Assembly: GCA_018303925.1 (NCBI GenBank)
Contig: JAGVXF010000010.1
Coordinates: 1 to 62,824 of the forward strand
DNA: 62,824 nucleotides
Source of the DNA: Candidatus Pacearchaeota archaeon
GTDB taxonomy: Archaea; Nanobdellota; Nanobdellia; Pacearchaeales; GW2011-AR1
Direction of reading: 5' to 3'
Positions 9,937 through 20,583 of the stretch are shown piece after piece (within the stretch, counting starts at the first letter, position 1; each line of letters begins with the position of its first letter). The translations under genes and the position numbers were made by a program. The notes under the pieces are model-generated. The model was not told the origin of the DNA. It searched no databases and saw only the letters and a list, made by a program, of their open reading frames with translations.

Positions 9937-10698
9937 ATGAAAAATAAAAAGGGAGATTCTTTTTTAATTGAACTAAAAGATGTTTTCAAACATTATTACA
10001 TGGGAGAAAATGTTGTAAAGGCAGTCGATGGAATTTCATTAAAAATTAATCAGGGAGAATTTGTTGCGATTATGGGGCCATCAGGTTCAGGAAAATCTAC
10101 TTCTATGAATCTTGTTGGAAGTTTAGATGTTCCGACCAAAGGCCACATTTTTTTAGATGGAGAGGATATTTCTACTTTTTCAGAGTCTGATCTTGCTCAA
10201 TTGAGGGGGCAAAAAATAGGTTTTATTTTCCAATCATTTAATCTAATTCCCAATTTGACAGCAAAGGAAAATGTGATGATTCCTATGACTTTTCAAGGAA
10301 TTTCCTTGGAAGAAAGAGAATTAAAAGCTGAGGAGCTTTTGGAGCTTGTGGAACTTGGAGATAGAATTAATCACTATCCGAATGAACTTTCAGGAGGTCA
10401 AAAACAAAGAGTTGCAATTGCACGTTCACTTGCAAATAATCCTGAAGTTATTTTGGCCGATGAACCGACAGGAAACCTTGATACAAAAACAGGGGATATT
10501 GTAATGCATTTTTTGGACAAACTTCACAGGGAAGGCAAAACCATAATAATGATTACTCATGAACCGGAATTGGCAGAACATCATGCCGAAGTTATTTATT
10601 GGCTTAGGGATGGAAAGCTTGAAAAAATCACAAAAAAAAAGAAAGGCAAAAAGTATGTTGACGGAGAATTCAAAAAGATGGCTCCGAAATGGAAGTGA
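9937..10698 (+). CDS. ABC transporter ATP-binding protein (LolD/MacB type)
   Basis: GPSGSGKS, LSGGQKQRVAIAR, ILADEPTGNLD. Confidence 0.95.
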   Translation: MKNKKGDSFLIELKDVFKHYYMGENVVKAVDGISLKINQGEFVAIMGPSGSGKSTSMNLVGSLDVPTKGHIFLDGEDISTFSESDLAQLRGQKIGFIFQSFNLIPNLTAKENVMIPMTFQGISLEERELKAEELLELVELGDRINHYPNELSGGQKQRVAIARSLANNPEVILADEPTGNLDTKTGDIVMHFLDKLHREGKTIIMITHEPELAEHHAEVIYWLRDGKLEKITKKKKGKKYVDGEFKKMAPKWK

Positions 10699-10702
10699 AT
10701 AT

Positions 10703-11467
10703 ATGCCCCCCGAAATAAAATTTTGGTTAAATTTTGAAACAAACTTTTCAGCTTTTGTTTTATATTTATTTGAAGAATTTTCGGGATGTACAAAAGATGC
10801 ATTAATTAGAATTAATCAATTAAATCTCAAAAAAGAAATTGAAAAAGTGAAAGATAGAGAGACTTTTGAAAATAATGAGAAGTTTGTAAAAAAGCTTTCA
10901 GAAAATCCGTTTGTTTTAAAGAAGAGACTTCCTTTAAAATTATTTGAGCAGATTTATTTTAATTATAGAAAATATTATTTTAAAAATAAAAAATTATTTA
11001 AAAAAAGAGCAAAAGAAATCACTTCTAAAATAAATAGGTCTAAATTAAACCGAATACTAAAATCAATTGAAAATAAAACTAAGATTCCATTCAAACCGAA
11101 AAGGATTAATGTTTGGCTTGTGGATATTTATTATATAGACAAAGAAAAAAGTCTTGAGGGAACAGCAACAAAAGAAGGAATATATCTTGGGTTACCAAGC
11201 AGACCGGTAAATTTGTTTTATTCCACTTTAATTCATGAGTTAGTCCACCATAATCTTATAGGGAAATATTCGGAAGATAAAGAAGAAATTCTTGCTCAGT
11301 TAATAGGACTGGATGTTAGCAAAATCTTTTTAGGAAAAGTCCCTTTAGGATCTGTAAAGATTGCAAAAAGAAGGGTTGAAAGAATAACCAAAATGAATTT
11401 TAAAACAGTTCTTAAAATGTGGGAAAATAAAAACAGTACTTCCAAATTTATAAATTCAATTAATTAA
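10703..11467 (+). CDS. hypothetical protein with HExxH motif (putative metallopeptidase)
   Basis: LIHELVHH; likely start ATG 10703 just after the ATPase stop. Confidence 0.55.
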   Translation: MPPEIKFWLNFETNFSAFVLYLFEEFSGCTKDALIRINQLNLKKEIEKVKDRETFENNEKFVKKLSENPFVLKKRLPLKLFEQIYFNYRKYYFKNKKLFKKRAKEITSKINRSKLNRILKSIENKTKIPFKPKRINVWLVDIYYIDKEKSLEGTATKEGIYLGLPSRPVNLFYSTLIHELVHHNLIGKYSEDKEEILAQLIGLDVSKIFLGKVPLGSVKIAKRRVERITKMNFKTVLKMWENKNSTSKFINSIN

Positions 11468-11520
11468 ACAAACAAATTTATAACTTAACTTTTATTTTAA
11501 TTTATAAGGAGAACATAAAA

Positions 11521-12656
11521 ATGATATTAGACATGTTTGTTTTGTCAATAAAAAATTTGAAGCACAGAGGCCTGCGTTCGTGGCTCACGCTTCTTGGAAT
11601 TTTTATAGGAGTTGCAGCGGTTGTTTCATTGATTTCCTTAGGAAACGGGCTTCAGACTGCCGTTGCAAGCCAGTTTGGAATAAGCTTAACAGAAGTTTTA
11701 ACTGTCCAGGCCGGGGGTGTTTCCGGGCTTGGTCCTCCGGGAACAGGGGCGGTTAATCCTTTGACAACAAAAGACCTTGATGAAATAAAAAAGTTAAGCA
11801 GTGTAAAGCGTGCAGTTGGAAGGAATATTGTTTCAGGAAAACTTGAATATAATAAAAGGGCTGTTTTTGGATACGCGACAAATATTCCGTCGGGAGATGA
11901 CAGAAAGTTTGTTTATGAGCAAATAGAAGCAAAAACAATTGCAGGAAGGCTCCTTAAAGAGGAAGATTCCGGAAAAATAAAAGTTTTCAGGTTGTAGGAA
12001 TTCTTGAAAAGAAAGGAAGTTTTATTTTTGATAATGTTGTATACATGAATCAAAATGACCTTGAATCAATAAGTGATTTTGGCGACAAAGTCGATATTAT
12101 TGCAGTTCAGCCCACCAATAAAGAGGAAATGGACAGAACAAAAAATGACATTGAAAAACTTTTAAGAAAATTAAGAGATGTGAAAGAAGGTGAAGAAGAC
12201 TTTGTTGTTTCAACTCCGGAATCTTCACTAGATACTGTGAATCAGATTATAGGGGGGGTTCAGATTTTTATTGCAATGGTTGCTTCAATTTCAATTTTTA
12301 TAGGGTCTCTTGGAATTGTGAACACAATGACAACTTCAGTCCTTGAGAGAAAAAAAGATATAGGAATAATGAAATCTGTTGGCGCAAAAAACTCGCACAT
12401 TTTTATGCAGTTTTTTATTGAGTCAAGTCTTTTAGGTCTTGTTGGGGGTTTTATTGGGGCTGTTGTCGGTGAAATAATAGGAATAGTTGGAACAATTTCA
12501 ATAAACAGTTTCGTAAATGCAAACGTTCCCCTGTCTTTTGACATTGGGCTTCTTGCAGTTACCCTTCTTGGGAGTTTTCTTATAGGGGGAGTTGCCGGAA
12601 TTGTTCCGGCTATGCATGCAGCAAAGCAAAGCCCCGTGGAGGCTTTGAGAGAATGA
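11521..12656 (+). pseudogene. ABC permease (FtsX/MacB type), split by an internal deletion/frameshift near 11975
   Basis: N-half RSWLTLLGIFIG and C-half ERKKDIGIMKSVGA lie in different frames; about 25 codons are missing relative to paralogue 13093..14298. Confidence 0.8.
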
Positions 12657-13096
12657 AAATAAAATTGGAAAGGTATAACAAAAGAAAAGATTTGATAAAA
12701 GTCCTTCCTGAATTTATAAATTATAAAATAATCAGCAATTTGGGGTATTTTAAATTTAATACCTGGAAAAGAATATTAAAAAACAGGAAGTCTAAACAAA
12801 TTATTTTTGATATATTTACTGAATCTAATTTTGTTGGATTGGTGGCACTTGTTTATGAAAAACAATATAGGTCTTGGAGTATTACTTATTTTATCTTCAA
12901 GAAATATTGGAATAAAGGAATTGCAACATTAGCAACAAAAGAGGTTTTAAAATATGCTTTCAAAAACAAAATAAAAAAAATTCATGCAGAGACGAGAACA
13001 GATAATTTTGGTTCAATAAGAGTTCTTGAAAAAAACAAATTTAAAAAAATAAAGGAAAATAAAAGAGAAATTTTTTGGGAGAAAAAATTAAAATGA
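12653..13096 (+). CDS. GNAT N-acetyltransferase (RimJ/RimL-like)
   Basis: YWNKGIAT and NFGSIRVLEKNKF motifs. Confidence 0.85.
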   Translation: MKIKLERYNKRKDLIKVLPEFINYKIISNLGYFKFNTWKRILKNRKSKQIIFDIFTESNFVGLVALVYEKQYRSWSITYFIFKKYWNKGIATLATKEVLKYAFKNKIKKIHAETRTDNFGSIRVLEKNKFKKIKENKREIFWEKKLK

Positions 13097-14298
13097 TAAA
13101 CACAGAATCAGTCAGGTATTCCCTTCGAAACCTGAGACACAGGAAAGGAAGAAGTTTTTTAACGGTTTTTTCAATTCTTGTCGGAATCGTAACAATTTTT
13201 ATTTTTATAAGTTTCGGGCTTGGGCTTTACAATTACACCCAGGAATTGACAAGTGGCTCTTCTGCAAATAAAGTTTTGATTCTTGCAAAAGGAGTTTCAG
13301 CGCCCGGAATTGATGATACTTTTAAGCTCACAGAGGACGACCTTAAAGTTGTCAAAAGATCTGGGGGTGTCTATAAAGCAACGGCGCTTTATTATCAGAT
13401 TGTTCAGGCTGAAAAAAGGGATGAAAAAAAATATATTTTTTTAACATCATATGACCCGAGCGAGCCTATGATTCTTGATGTTTTTGGCGCTAAACTAGAG
13501 AAAGGGAGATTTTTACAAGTGGGAGATACAAAAAGGGCTTTGTTTGGTTACAATTATCTAATCGACGGCAAAATATTTGAAAAAAGAATTGATATAAATG
13601 AAGAAGTGGTCATAAACGGGACAAAATTAAAGGCGGTTGGATTTTTGGAATCCGTTGGGAATCCGGCAGATGACTCCAATATTTATGTAACTAATGATTA
13701 CTTTGAAGAACTTTTTCAGGATAAGGAATCTTATGCAGAGATTATTGCTGAAGTGGATATTGAAAATATAGGCTGGGTTGTTGGAAATATTGAACGGGAT
13801 TTAAGAAATGAAAGAAATCAGGAAAAGGGAAACGAAGATTTTTATGTCCAGTCATTTGAAGATTTGATTGAGGCTTATACAGGAGTGCTTAACATCATAG
13901 TTAGTTTTGTTATTTTGATTGCATTAATTTCGGTTTTCGTCTCGGGAATAAATACGGCAAATACCATGATAACTTCTGTTCTTGAGAGATATAAAGAAAT
14001 AGGAGTATTAAAATCGATAGGGGCAAGAAACAGGGAAATTTTTGGCATATTTTTGTTTGAATCGGCTTTTCTTGGTTTTATTGCTGGAGTTATGGGGGTT
14101 CTTTTAGGGTTTATTTTAACCAGCATCGCCGGAAGCCTTCTTGCAGGACTGGGGTTGTCATTTTTAGCACCATATTATTCGCCGTGGCTTTTTATAGGCT
14201 GCATTTTATTTGCAGTTTTCACAGGGGCAATTTCAGGAGTTATTCCAGCAATACGGGCATCAAAGATAAATCCAGTGGACAGTTTAAGGTATGAATGA
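13093..14298 (+). CDS. ABC permease (FtsX/MacB type)
   Basis: RSFLTVFSILVGI, ERYKEIGVLKSIGA, INPVDSLRYE. Confidence 0.92.
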   Translation: MINTESVRYSLRNLRHRKGRSFLTVFSILVGIVTIFIFISFGLGLYNYTQELTSGSSANKVLILAKGVSAPGIDDTFKLTEDDLKVVKRSGGVYKATALYYQIVQAEKRDEKKYIFLTSYDPSEPMILDVFGAKLEKGRFLQVGDTKRALFGYNYLIDGKIFEKRIDINEEVVINGTKLKAVGFLESVGNPADDSNIYVTNDYFEELFQDKESYAEIIAEVDIENIGWVVGNIERDLRNERNQEKGNEDFYVQSFEDLIEAYTGVLNIIVSFVILIALISVFVSGINTANTMITSVLERYKEIGVLKSIGARNREIFGIFLFESAFLGFIAGVMGVLLGFILTSIAGSLLAGLGLSFLAPYYSPWLFIGCILFAVFTGAISGVIPAIRASKINPVDSLRYE

Positions 14299-14344
14299 GG
14301 GTTCACAAGAAAACATTTAAAAACAAATTTTCATTAATTTTCAT

Positions 14345-15232
14345 ATGAAAAGAAATTACATATTTTTATTCATTGGGGCAATTCTTTTATTGAGTTTAGC
14401 CGGGGTTTTTGCCGCTTCGTGCAACCTTCAGGTTTCATTGGTTAATCAGGACCCAGATACTGCGGTCCAGGGGGATTCTGTTAAATTGCTATTTCAGGTT
14501 AGCGGAGTAGAGAATCCCGAGTGCAAGGGGGTTGTTTTTAAGCTTGATCCAGAGTATTCATTTTCTTTTGCTGACAGGTCTGACAGTAATTTTAAAGTTT
14601 TGTCTGGAAGCACTTACTTTCAGGATTACAAAAATACATGGATAATTCCATATACTCTTAAAGTAAATAAAGAAGCTTTAGACGGCGACGCTGAAGTGCA
14701 GGTTTTCTATGCTCCTGGAACATCCACTCTGAATCAGTCTTATCTTTCTAAAAAATTTAGTGTGAGAATCCAGGATTCACGCGCGGATTTTGAAGTTTAT
14801 GTGCGAAATTATAATCCAACAACAAAAATAATTACTTTTGAAATTTTGAATACTGCAAAAGTAGATATCAAAGCGTTGACTATGGAGGTTCCAAAGCAGG
14901 AAAGTATAAAAATTAAAGGCTCAAACGTGAATATTGTCGGGGACTTGGACTCAAATGAATATACAACTGCCGACTTTGAGGGCACTCCTTCAAATGGGGA
15001 GATAACCTTAAAAGTTTCATACACTGACCAGGCCGAAGTGAGGAGAATTGTTGAGGAAGTTGTCAATTATGATTCAAGTTATTTTGAGGATAGAGTATCG
15101 GATAAAAAAGGAAGCCCTGTTACAACGTGGATAATTGTTATCGTGGTTGTCCTTTTGATTGTATACTGGCTTTACAGAAGGCAGAAGAAGAAAAAAAGAC
15201 TCGAAGAACACAGAAGGAACAGGATTAAATAA
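14345..15232 (+). CDS. S-layer-domain-like (COG1361-type) membrane-anchored protein
   Basis: Signal peptide, QDPD..QGD..L motif, C-terminal TM and basic tail; in ABC operon. Confidence 0.7.
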   Translation: MKRNYIFLFIGAILLLSLAGVFAASCNLQVSLVNQDPDTAVQGDSVKLLFQVSGVENPECKGVVFKLDPEYSFSFADRSDSNFKVLSGSTYFQDYKNTWIIPYTLKVNKEALDGDAEVQVFYAPGTSTLNQSYLSKKFSVRIQDSRADFEVYVRNYNPTTKIITFEILNTAKVDIKALTMEVPKQESIKIKGSNVNIVGDLDSNEYTTADFEGTPSNGEITLKVSYTDQAEVRRIVEEVVNYDSSYFEDRVSDKKGSPVTTWIIVIVVVLLIVYWLYRRQKKKKRLEEHRRNRIK

Positions 15233-15268
15233 TTCTTCTTTGGAAAATTTTTATTGAGTTAAAAATTA

Positions 15269-15598
15269 TTATTTACAGTACTTTGTCAGTTTTTTAGAAA
15301 TCTTGCTTATGCTCTCACTTAATATTCCGCCGTATAAATATGTGGTTTTGGTCTTATCGTGAAAATAATGACCTTTTCTTGTTGAGTATTCTATATTCAG
15401 GTTTTTATATGAATCAGGTTTTATAGATTCTATTTCCTTTTCAATTAACTTAACTAGTCCGTCGGTATTTTTTGCCTCATCAATAAATGTGTTGTTTTTC
15501 TCTATTGCTTCTTCAAAAGCAATGTAACATGTATTATCTTTCCCTTTTTCTGCGGGATTAAGAATTATTGCGCTGAAAATCTGAATTGTTTTTGTCAT
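15269..15598 (-). CDS. hypothetical protein
   Basis: 109-aa ORF downstream of aIF5B. Confidence 0.55.
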   Translation of the reverse strand: MTKTIQIFSAIILNPAEKGKDNTCYIAFEEAIEKNNTFIDEAKNTDGLVKLIEKEIESIKPDSYKNLNIEYSTRKGHYFHDKTKTTYLYGGILSESISKISKKLTKYCK

Positions 15599-15611
15599 TT
15601 TTTATTTTTAA

Positions 15612-17354
15612 TTAATTTCCCCAGTCCTCTTTTGTTTTGCGTTTTATATCGGCAATTTCTTTTAAGATTTTCATTTCACTTCCTGTAAGGAGGTCTTTAT
15701 TCTTTTTAAAATCTTTGAACTGGGATTCTCCTAGGTTGGAATAAAGGAACTTTTTTCCCTTAAGTTCTCTTTCATAATTTACGTTCGGTATTGAAACTGC
15801 AACTTCCATCCCTTCTGTTGCTTCTTCAACCGATTTTTTTTCAGACTGGATATTTTTTATGTTTCCCACTTTTTCGTCATCTTCGTCAATAATTGGAAGG
15901 TTTTTTATCAACTTTCCCCCGGCAATTCTTACCCCGAAAATTGCGGGTTTTGTATTCCTGAAAACATACTGGGAAAGCAATTCTATCTTGCATATTGTAG
16001 AGAGCCCCATCATTCTCTTTTTTTCTATTTCCATTTGTTTTTCTTTTCTAAAAATAACCAGGTCTTCAATAATCTTATAAACAATGTCACTTGTAATAAT
16101 CTTTATTTTTGAGGAGATTTCATTTGCATCATCAGTCACTCCGACGTTAAAACCCACAATCACAGCATCAAGCTCGTTAATGTCAAGATTTGCTTTTGCA
16201 GATATTGCATCTGCCTTGTTTATCCCCCCAATTCCGGCTTTAACAACAGAAACATTGTTTTGTTTTAACAAGACGAGCAAAGCCTCAAGGCTTCCAAGTG
16301 AATCTGCTTTTGCGATTATCCCGTGCTTTTCAGTCTTTATTGACTCGCTTATTTCTTTTTTGAACAGTTTTTTTATCTCTTCAAAATTATTTTTGAATTT
16401 CAAAAAAGGCATTCCCGGAAGAATTTCTGTTTTTTCAACTAATTGCATCCTTATTCCGGTAGAAGCTTTTACTTCTTCAACAGCCTTAAATTTTGAAGAA
16501 ACCGGAAGTATTTCCTCAAGTATCCTTATTTTTGTGATGATGGGTTCACCCGAAAGGCTTGCAACAGCAATTTCATCTGTTCTTTTTAATTCTCCGTCGT
16601 AAAGTATTGCTTCAATTGCAGAAACCGATTTTTCTTTTTTTACTTCAAGCATGACCCCTTTTGGTTCGCTGTGAAGCTCAAGCCTTTTAGTTAAAAACTT
16701 TTCACTTAATCCGGAAAGAACTAAAATTAATTCAGGAATTCCTTCTTTAGTGTAAGCTGAGCATGGGACAAGCGCGATTTTTTTTGTGAAGTCAGTTATA
16801 TTGTAAAACAAGTCTGTTTCAAGTTCATATGACTGGAGTGCTCCCTGAAGGGTATAATATTTTTCAAGGAAGTCTTCTTTTACCCTTTCTCCCTGATTCT
16901 CGACTGAAGTTTTCAGGTCATCGCTTAATTTTTTCCATCCTGTAATTTTGTCAATTTTGTTAAGTGCGACTACAAAAGGGGTTTTGTTCATCTTTAAGAT
17001 TTGTATTACTTCTGCGGTCTGGGGTTTTATTCCTTCATTAATATCTATAACAAGAACAGCAAGGTCAGCAAGGGAGCCTCCTCTCTTTCTGAGGTTTGTA
17101 AACGCTGCGTGACCGGGGGTGTCAATTAAAAGGAATCCCGGAATATTTAATTTTATTTTGGATTTTTCAATTAAAGGGCAGGCTTTTCTTAGATTTTCTA
17201 CCGGAAAAGTTGTAAAAGAAATCTTCTGGGTTATTCCCCCCGCTTCACCTTCCTGGACAGATGAACTTCTAAGAGCATCAAGAATCGAGGTTTTTCCATG
17301 GTCAACGTGTCCTGCAACTGTTACAATTGGCTGGCGAATCTTTATCTTTTCCAT
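15612..17354 (-). CDS. infB: translation initiation factor aIF5B (IF-2)
   Basis: RQPIVTVAGHVDHGKT, EAGGITQ, DTPGHAAF, NKID, KADSLGSLEA. Confidence 0.96.
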   Translation of the reverse strand: MEKIKIRQPIVTVAGHVDHGKTSILDALRSSSVQEGEAGGITQKISFTTFPVENLRKACPLIEKSKIKLNIPGFLLIDTPGHAAFTNLRKRGGSLADLAVLVIDINEGIKPQTAEVIQILKMNKTPFVVALNKIDKITGWKKLSDDLKTSVENQGERVKEDFLEKYYTLQGALQSYELETDLFYNITDFTKKIALVPCSAYTKEGIPELILVLSGLSEKFLTKRLELHSEPKGVMLEVKKEKSVSAIEAILYDGELKRTDEIAVASLSGEPIITKIRILEEILPVSSKFKAVEEVKASTGIRMQLVEKTEILPGMPFLKFKNNFEEIKKLFKKEISESIKTEKHGIIAKADSLGSLEALLVLLKQNNVSVVKAGIGGINKADAISAKANLDINELDAVIVGFNVGVTDDANEISSKIKIITSDIVYKIIEDLVIFRKEKQMEIEKKRMMGLSTICKIELLSQYVFRNTKPAIFGVRIAGGKLIKNLPIIDEDDEKVGNIKNIQSEKKSVEEATEGMEVAVSIPNVNYERELKGKKFLYSNLGESQFKDFKKNKDLLTGSEMKILKEIADIKRKTKEDWGN

Positions 17355-17431
17355 TTAAAATTGATTGCAGGAGTATTTTTAAATATTAATAAAATGATTA
17401 AGTTTATAATTTCTTATTTTCTTGAAAAATC

Positions 17432-17764
17432 ATGATAAAAGAAAGGACAATTAAGGACCTGAATGAAGAGTATAATCTTGATTTAGGCGGGGCTGTTCAA
17501 TCTATAAAAAAAGTGAAAGCGAAGCTTGTTTTGGTCCAGTTTCCTGATGGCTTAAAACCATATGCAACAGCAATAGTGGATTATCTCAAAGAAAAAACAG
17601 GGGCTGACTTTTTGATTTATCTTGGTAGCTGTTTTGGAGCATGCGATTATCCTGTCGGAATGGAAAATCTCGGAATTGATCTGACGATTCAGTTTGGCCA
17701 CAGTTCTTTAATGCCAAGTTACTTGAATGACGGAAAAGAGTTTAAAGCTAGTATTAATAAATAA
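17432..17764 (+). CDS. diphthamide synthesis Dph1/Dph2-like, N-terminal domain only
   Basis: VQFPDGLK, GSCFGACD, QFGHS motifs in a 110-aa ORF. Confidence 0.75.
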   Translation: MIKERTIKDLNEEYNLDLGGAVQSIKKVKAKLVLVQFPDGLKPYATAIVDYLKEKTGADFLIYLGSCFGACDYPVGMENLGIDLTIQFGHSSLMPSYLNDGKEFKASINK

Positions 17765-17904
17765 TTAGATTTCATAACCCCGATTTATTTTTCCAGATAA
17801 ATTTTCATCTTCTTCCACATGAAAAAATTTATTATTTTTGGCTTTTTAATTATCTTGCTTTTATTTACCTTTAAATTTAAATAGGAGAACTTTCTAGGAT
17901 TTTT

Positions 17905-18531
17905 ATGGAATCAGAGCTTATCATTTTCAGAATGTTTATCACATTCATTTTTGCAATGCTTTTTGGTTTTCAAAGACAGCATGCGCATAAGCCCATAGGT
18001 TTTGGAACTTTTACTTTTGTTGCAATCGGCTCATGCGGGCTTGCTATAATTGGCATGGAATTTGGGGAAGGAAATCCCCTTCCTATACTTGGGGCGATTG
18101 TGACAGGAATTGGTTTTTTGGGAGCCGGGGCTTTAATAAAAACAACTGACAAAATATATGGTATAACGACTGCTGCCGGAATATGGGTATTTGCGATTTT
18201 TGGGCTTTTAATCGGTGTTGGTGATTACTTGGTAGGAGGAGCAGTTTACTTTTTTGTATGGATAATTATTTTAATAGACCTCTATTTTGAAAAGCATGGG
18301 GTTGGTTCTTACCAGAAAAGAATATTTTTTGAAATTAAAATGAAAGACATTGAAAAATTCAACCACCTTCTGAAAACTTTTAATAAAGTGAAAATGATTT
18401 CAATGGAATCTGAAAAAGAAAATGAACTCGAAAAATATGAATACCTTGTTGAATGTAACGGAAAAAAGTTAAGAAAAGTGATTGAACTTCTTAATAAATT
18501 AAAATGGATTGTGGGTTACAGAGTGGAGTAA
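17905..18531 (+). CDS. MgtC/SapB family membrane protein
   Basis: IVTGIGFLGAG, GITTAAGIW. Confidence 0.9.
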   Translation: MESELIIFRMFITFIFAMLFGFQRQHAHKPIGFGTFTFVAIGSCGLAIIGMEFGEGNPLPILGAIVTGIGFLGAGALIKTTDKIYGITTAAGIWVFAIFGLLIGVGDYLVGGAVYFFVWIIILIDLYFEKHGVGSYQKRIFFEIKMKDIEKFNHLLKTFNKVKMISMESEKENELEKYEYLVECNGKKLRKVIELLNKLKWIVGYRVE

Positions 18532-18533
18532 AT

Positions 18534-18899
18534 CTATTTTTCAATTTCGTCCTGGTTATATCTTGGAACATGTGAACCCAATAAATGTTCATGAGATATC
18601 TTGAATATTGGCTCACCTGAGAAAATGCTGGGGTAAAAATCATAAAGCTCGTTTATTGCATCTTCAATTTGTGTCATTTGAAAATATTCCCTTATTAAAT
18701 AACCCTGCCTTTTTGAGAGTCTAAATTCTTCATTATAGTCGCTAAATAAGTGAAGTCCCGCAAGGTCTGCTGTTTCGTAAACTGAAATTTCGATAGGGCT
18801 TTTTTTATAAGACGGTGAAAAGTTTTCTTTTAAAAAATTCTTTTTTTCCTCAATATTTGAAAGCAAAATGTCAAAAGCTTCTTTTGTTTCTTTTTCCAT
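18534..18899 (-). CDS. hypothetical protein
   Basis: 121-aa ORF in a minus-strand run. Confidence 0.55.
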   Translation of the reverse strand: MEKETKEAFDILLSNIEEKKNFLKENFSPSYKKSPIEISVYETADLAGLHLFSDYNEEFRLSKRQGYLIREYFQMTQIEDAINELYDFYPSIFSGEPIFKISHEHLLGSHVPRYNQDEIEK

Positions 18900-18913
18900 A
18901 TTAATAATTATAA

Positions 18914-19213
18914 TTAATAATCCGGCAGTTCTTCCTGGTTTTTTGGCTGTTTTTTTGCGGGCTTTGTTTTTGGTTCTTCTTCAGAATCTCCTTCGTCAGT
19001 CATGTCTTCTTTGGAAACAGAGTTTACCATTTCCTTGAACTTTGGAAAGTCCTTTGCAAGGATCCTCACCCCGGATTTTGTGAAACCGGTGTATCTTTCA
19101 GAAGTCACATATTCACGAATTGTGAACCCACGCTTCCCGCCAAAGTCGTCAATTCTAAGAACAATGTCAGACTGGTCATTCCTTGAAATTTTCCCGATGT
19201 CTTTTTCCATCAT
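18914..19213 (-). CDS. PC4/Whirly-like ssDNA-binding protein
   Basis: IVLRIDDFGGKRGFTIREYV...FTKSGVRI pattern. Confidence 0.7.
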   Translation of the reverse strand: MMEKDIGKISRNDQSDIVLRIDDFGGKRGFTIREYVTSERYTGFTKSGVRILAKDFPKFKEMVNSVSKEDMTDEGDSEEEPKTKPAKKQPKNQEELPDY

Positions 19214-19259
19214 TAGTCAAAAAGGGTTTCTTATTTAAATCTTTTGATGGCCCTTTTTA

Positions 19260-19994
19260 TTATAAAAATATTCTTTCAAAATTCTTTTCAATTAACTTTT
19301 CAGTTTCTTCTTTTGGGGTTTTCCATATTTCACTTATTTTTTTTATTGATTCAGTAATAAAAGCAGGTTCATTTTTCTTTTCAGGAAAAGGAGATAAATA
19401 AGGTGAATCTGTTTCAGTGAGGATTTTTTCTTTAGGAACAACAGTCAGCATCTTCTGAAAATGCTCGCTTTTAACAACGTTTGTCGGAATTGAAAAATAA
19501 CACCCAAGTTCAATTCCTTCTTTTACAAATTTAAAATTTCCTGAAAAACAATGGAGGACAATTTTTAATTCAGGAAATTTTTCAAGGATTTCCAAAACTT
19601 CTTTTTCAGTTTTTCTTGTGTGAATAATTACAGGCAGATTTAAATTTCTTGCAAAGTCAAGTTGCTTTACAAAAATTTCTTTTTGAAATTCAAAATCAAG
19701 TTTTTCCGTTTTGTCAAGTCCAATTTCTCCTATTGCAACAATTTCCTTTTTATTTTTCAAAAGAAATTCCTCAAACTCTTTATACTTATCAAGAGTCAAA
19801 CTTTCTTCAGGATAAAGTCCTGCGGCAAATTTTATTTTCGGATATTTTTTTGAAATTTCAAGGTTCTTTTTGCATGACCCCAGATTAACCGAATTTGACA
19901 CAACGATTTTAATCTTTTTATCTTCCTGAATTTCTTTTGCTTTTTTTTCAGGTAAGAGGTCAATATGAGCATGGACATCAATTATCATAATCAA
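19260..19994 (-). CDS. tatD: TatD family DNase
   Basis: DVHAH, AIGEIGLD, IIHTR, LHCFSG, LTETDSPYL. Confidence 0.93.
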   Translation of the reverse strand: MIMIIDVHAHIDLLPEKKAKEIQEDKKIKIVVSNSVNLGSCKKNLEISKKYPKIKFAAGLYPEESLTLDKYKEFEEFLLKNKKEIVAIGEIGLDKTEKLDFEFQKEIFVKQLDFARNLNLPVIIHTRKTEKEVLEILEKFPELKIVLHCFSGNFKFVKEGIELGCYFSIPTNVVKSEHFQKMLTVVPKEKILTETDSPYLSPFPEKKNEPAFITESIKKISEIWKTPKEETEKLIEKNFERIFL

Positions 19995-20012
19995 GAGAGT
20001 TATAGACTCTTT

Positions 20013-20369
20013 TTAAAGAAATCCTCTTCCGTAAATCAAAGCTCCAATTACAACAAGAAGATGAACCATTATCCAGAGAAGATTAGTTATAATTATTGGT
20101 TTTTCTTTGTGAACAATTCCGTAAAACAGCCATATAATTGAAAGGAACGCAAAAGAAGCATAAGAAATCATAGAAACTCCGTCTGCGTTTTTTTCTATAA
20201 AGATTTTTAAGACCTGCGGAAGCATCATTATTGGTCCAATAATACTCACAATGTAAATTATTTTATCAAGAACTCGTATTTTTTTGTCTGGATTTGGAAA
20301 CTTTTCCCGTTTTAAGTTAATCCTCTTTCTTATGTGGAAATGTTGAAGTCCGTGTCCTTCAAATGTCAT
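20013..20369 (-). CDS. SemiSWEET/PQ-loop family transporter
   Basis: LPQVLKI, three TMs, WLFYGI..PII.TN. Confidence 0.85.
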   Translation of the reverse strand: MTFEGHGLQHFHIRKRINLKREKFPNPDKKIRVLDKIIYIVSIIGPIMMLPQVLKIFIEKNADGVSMISYASFAFLSIIWLFYGIVHKEKPIIITNLLWIMVHLLVVIGALIYGRGFL

Positions 20370-20456
20370 AATTAATATAACAAAAAATTTAATATAAATC
20401 TTACTATATTTTTAAAATAATTAATCTTTTAAACAAATATCACTAAACAATTTTAA

Positions 20457-20527
20457 GCGGAAGTAGTTAAGTGGTAGAATGCAACCTTGCCAAGGTTGTG
20501 ACCCGGGTCCGATTCCCGGTTTCCGCA
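20457..20527 (+). tRNA. tRNA-Gly(GCC)
   Basis: Acceptor GCGGAAG/TTTCCGC, anticodon arm CAACC-TTGCCAA-GGTTG, T arm CCGGG-TCCGATT-CCCGG. Confidence 0.95.
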
Positions 20528-20583
20528 CTCTTTTTTGAGATGCAAAAGGTAACATTTTTATAAAAGCCTTTTCAATTATTTTA

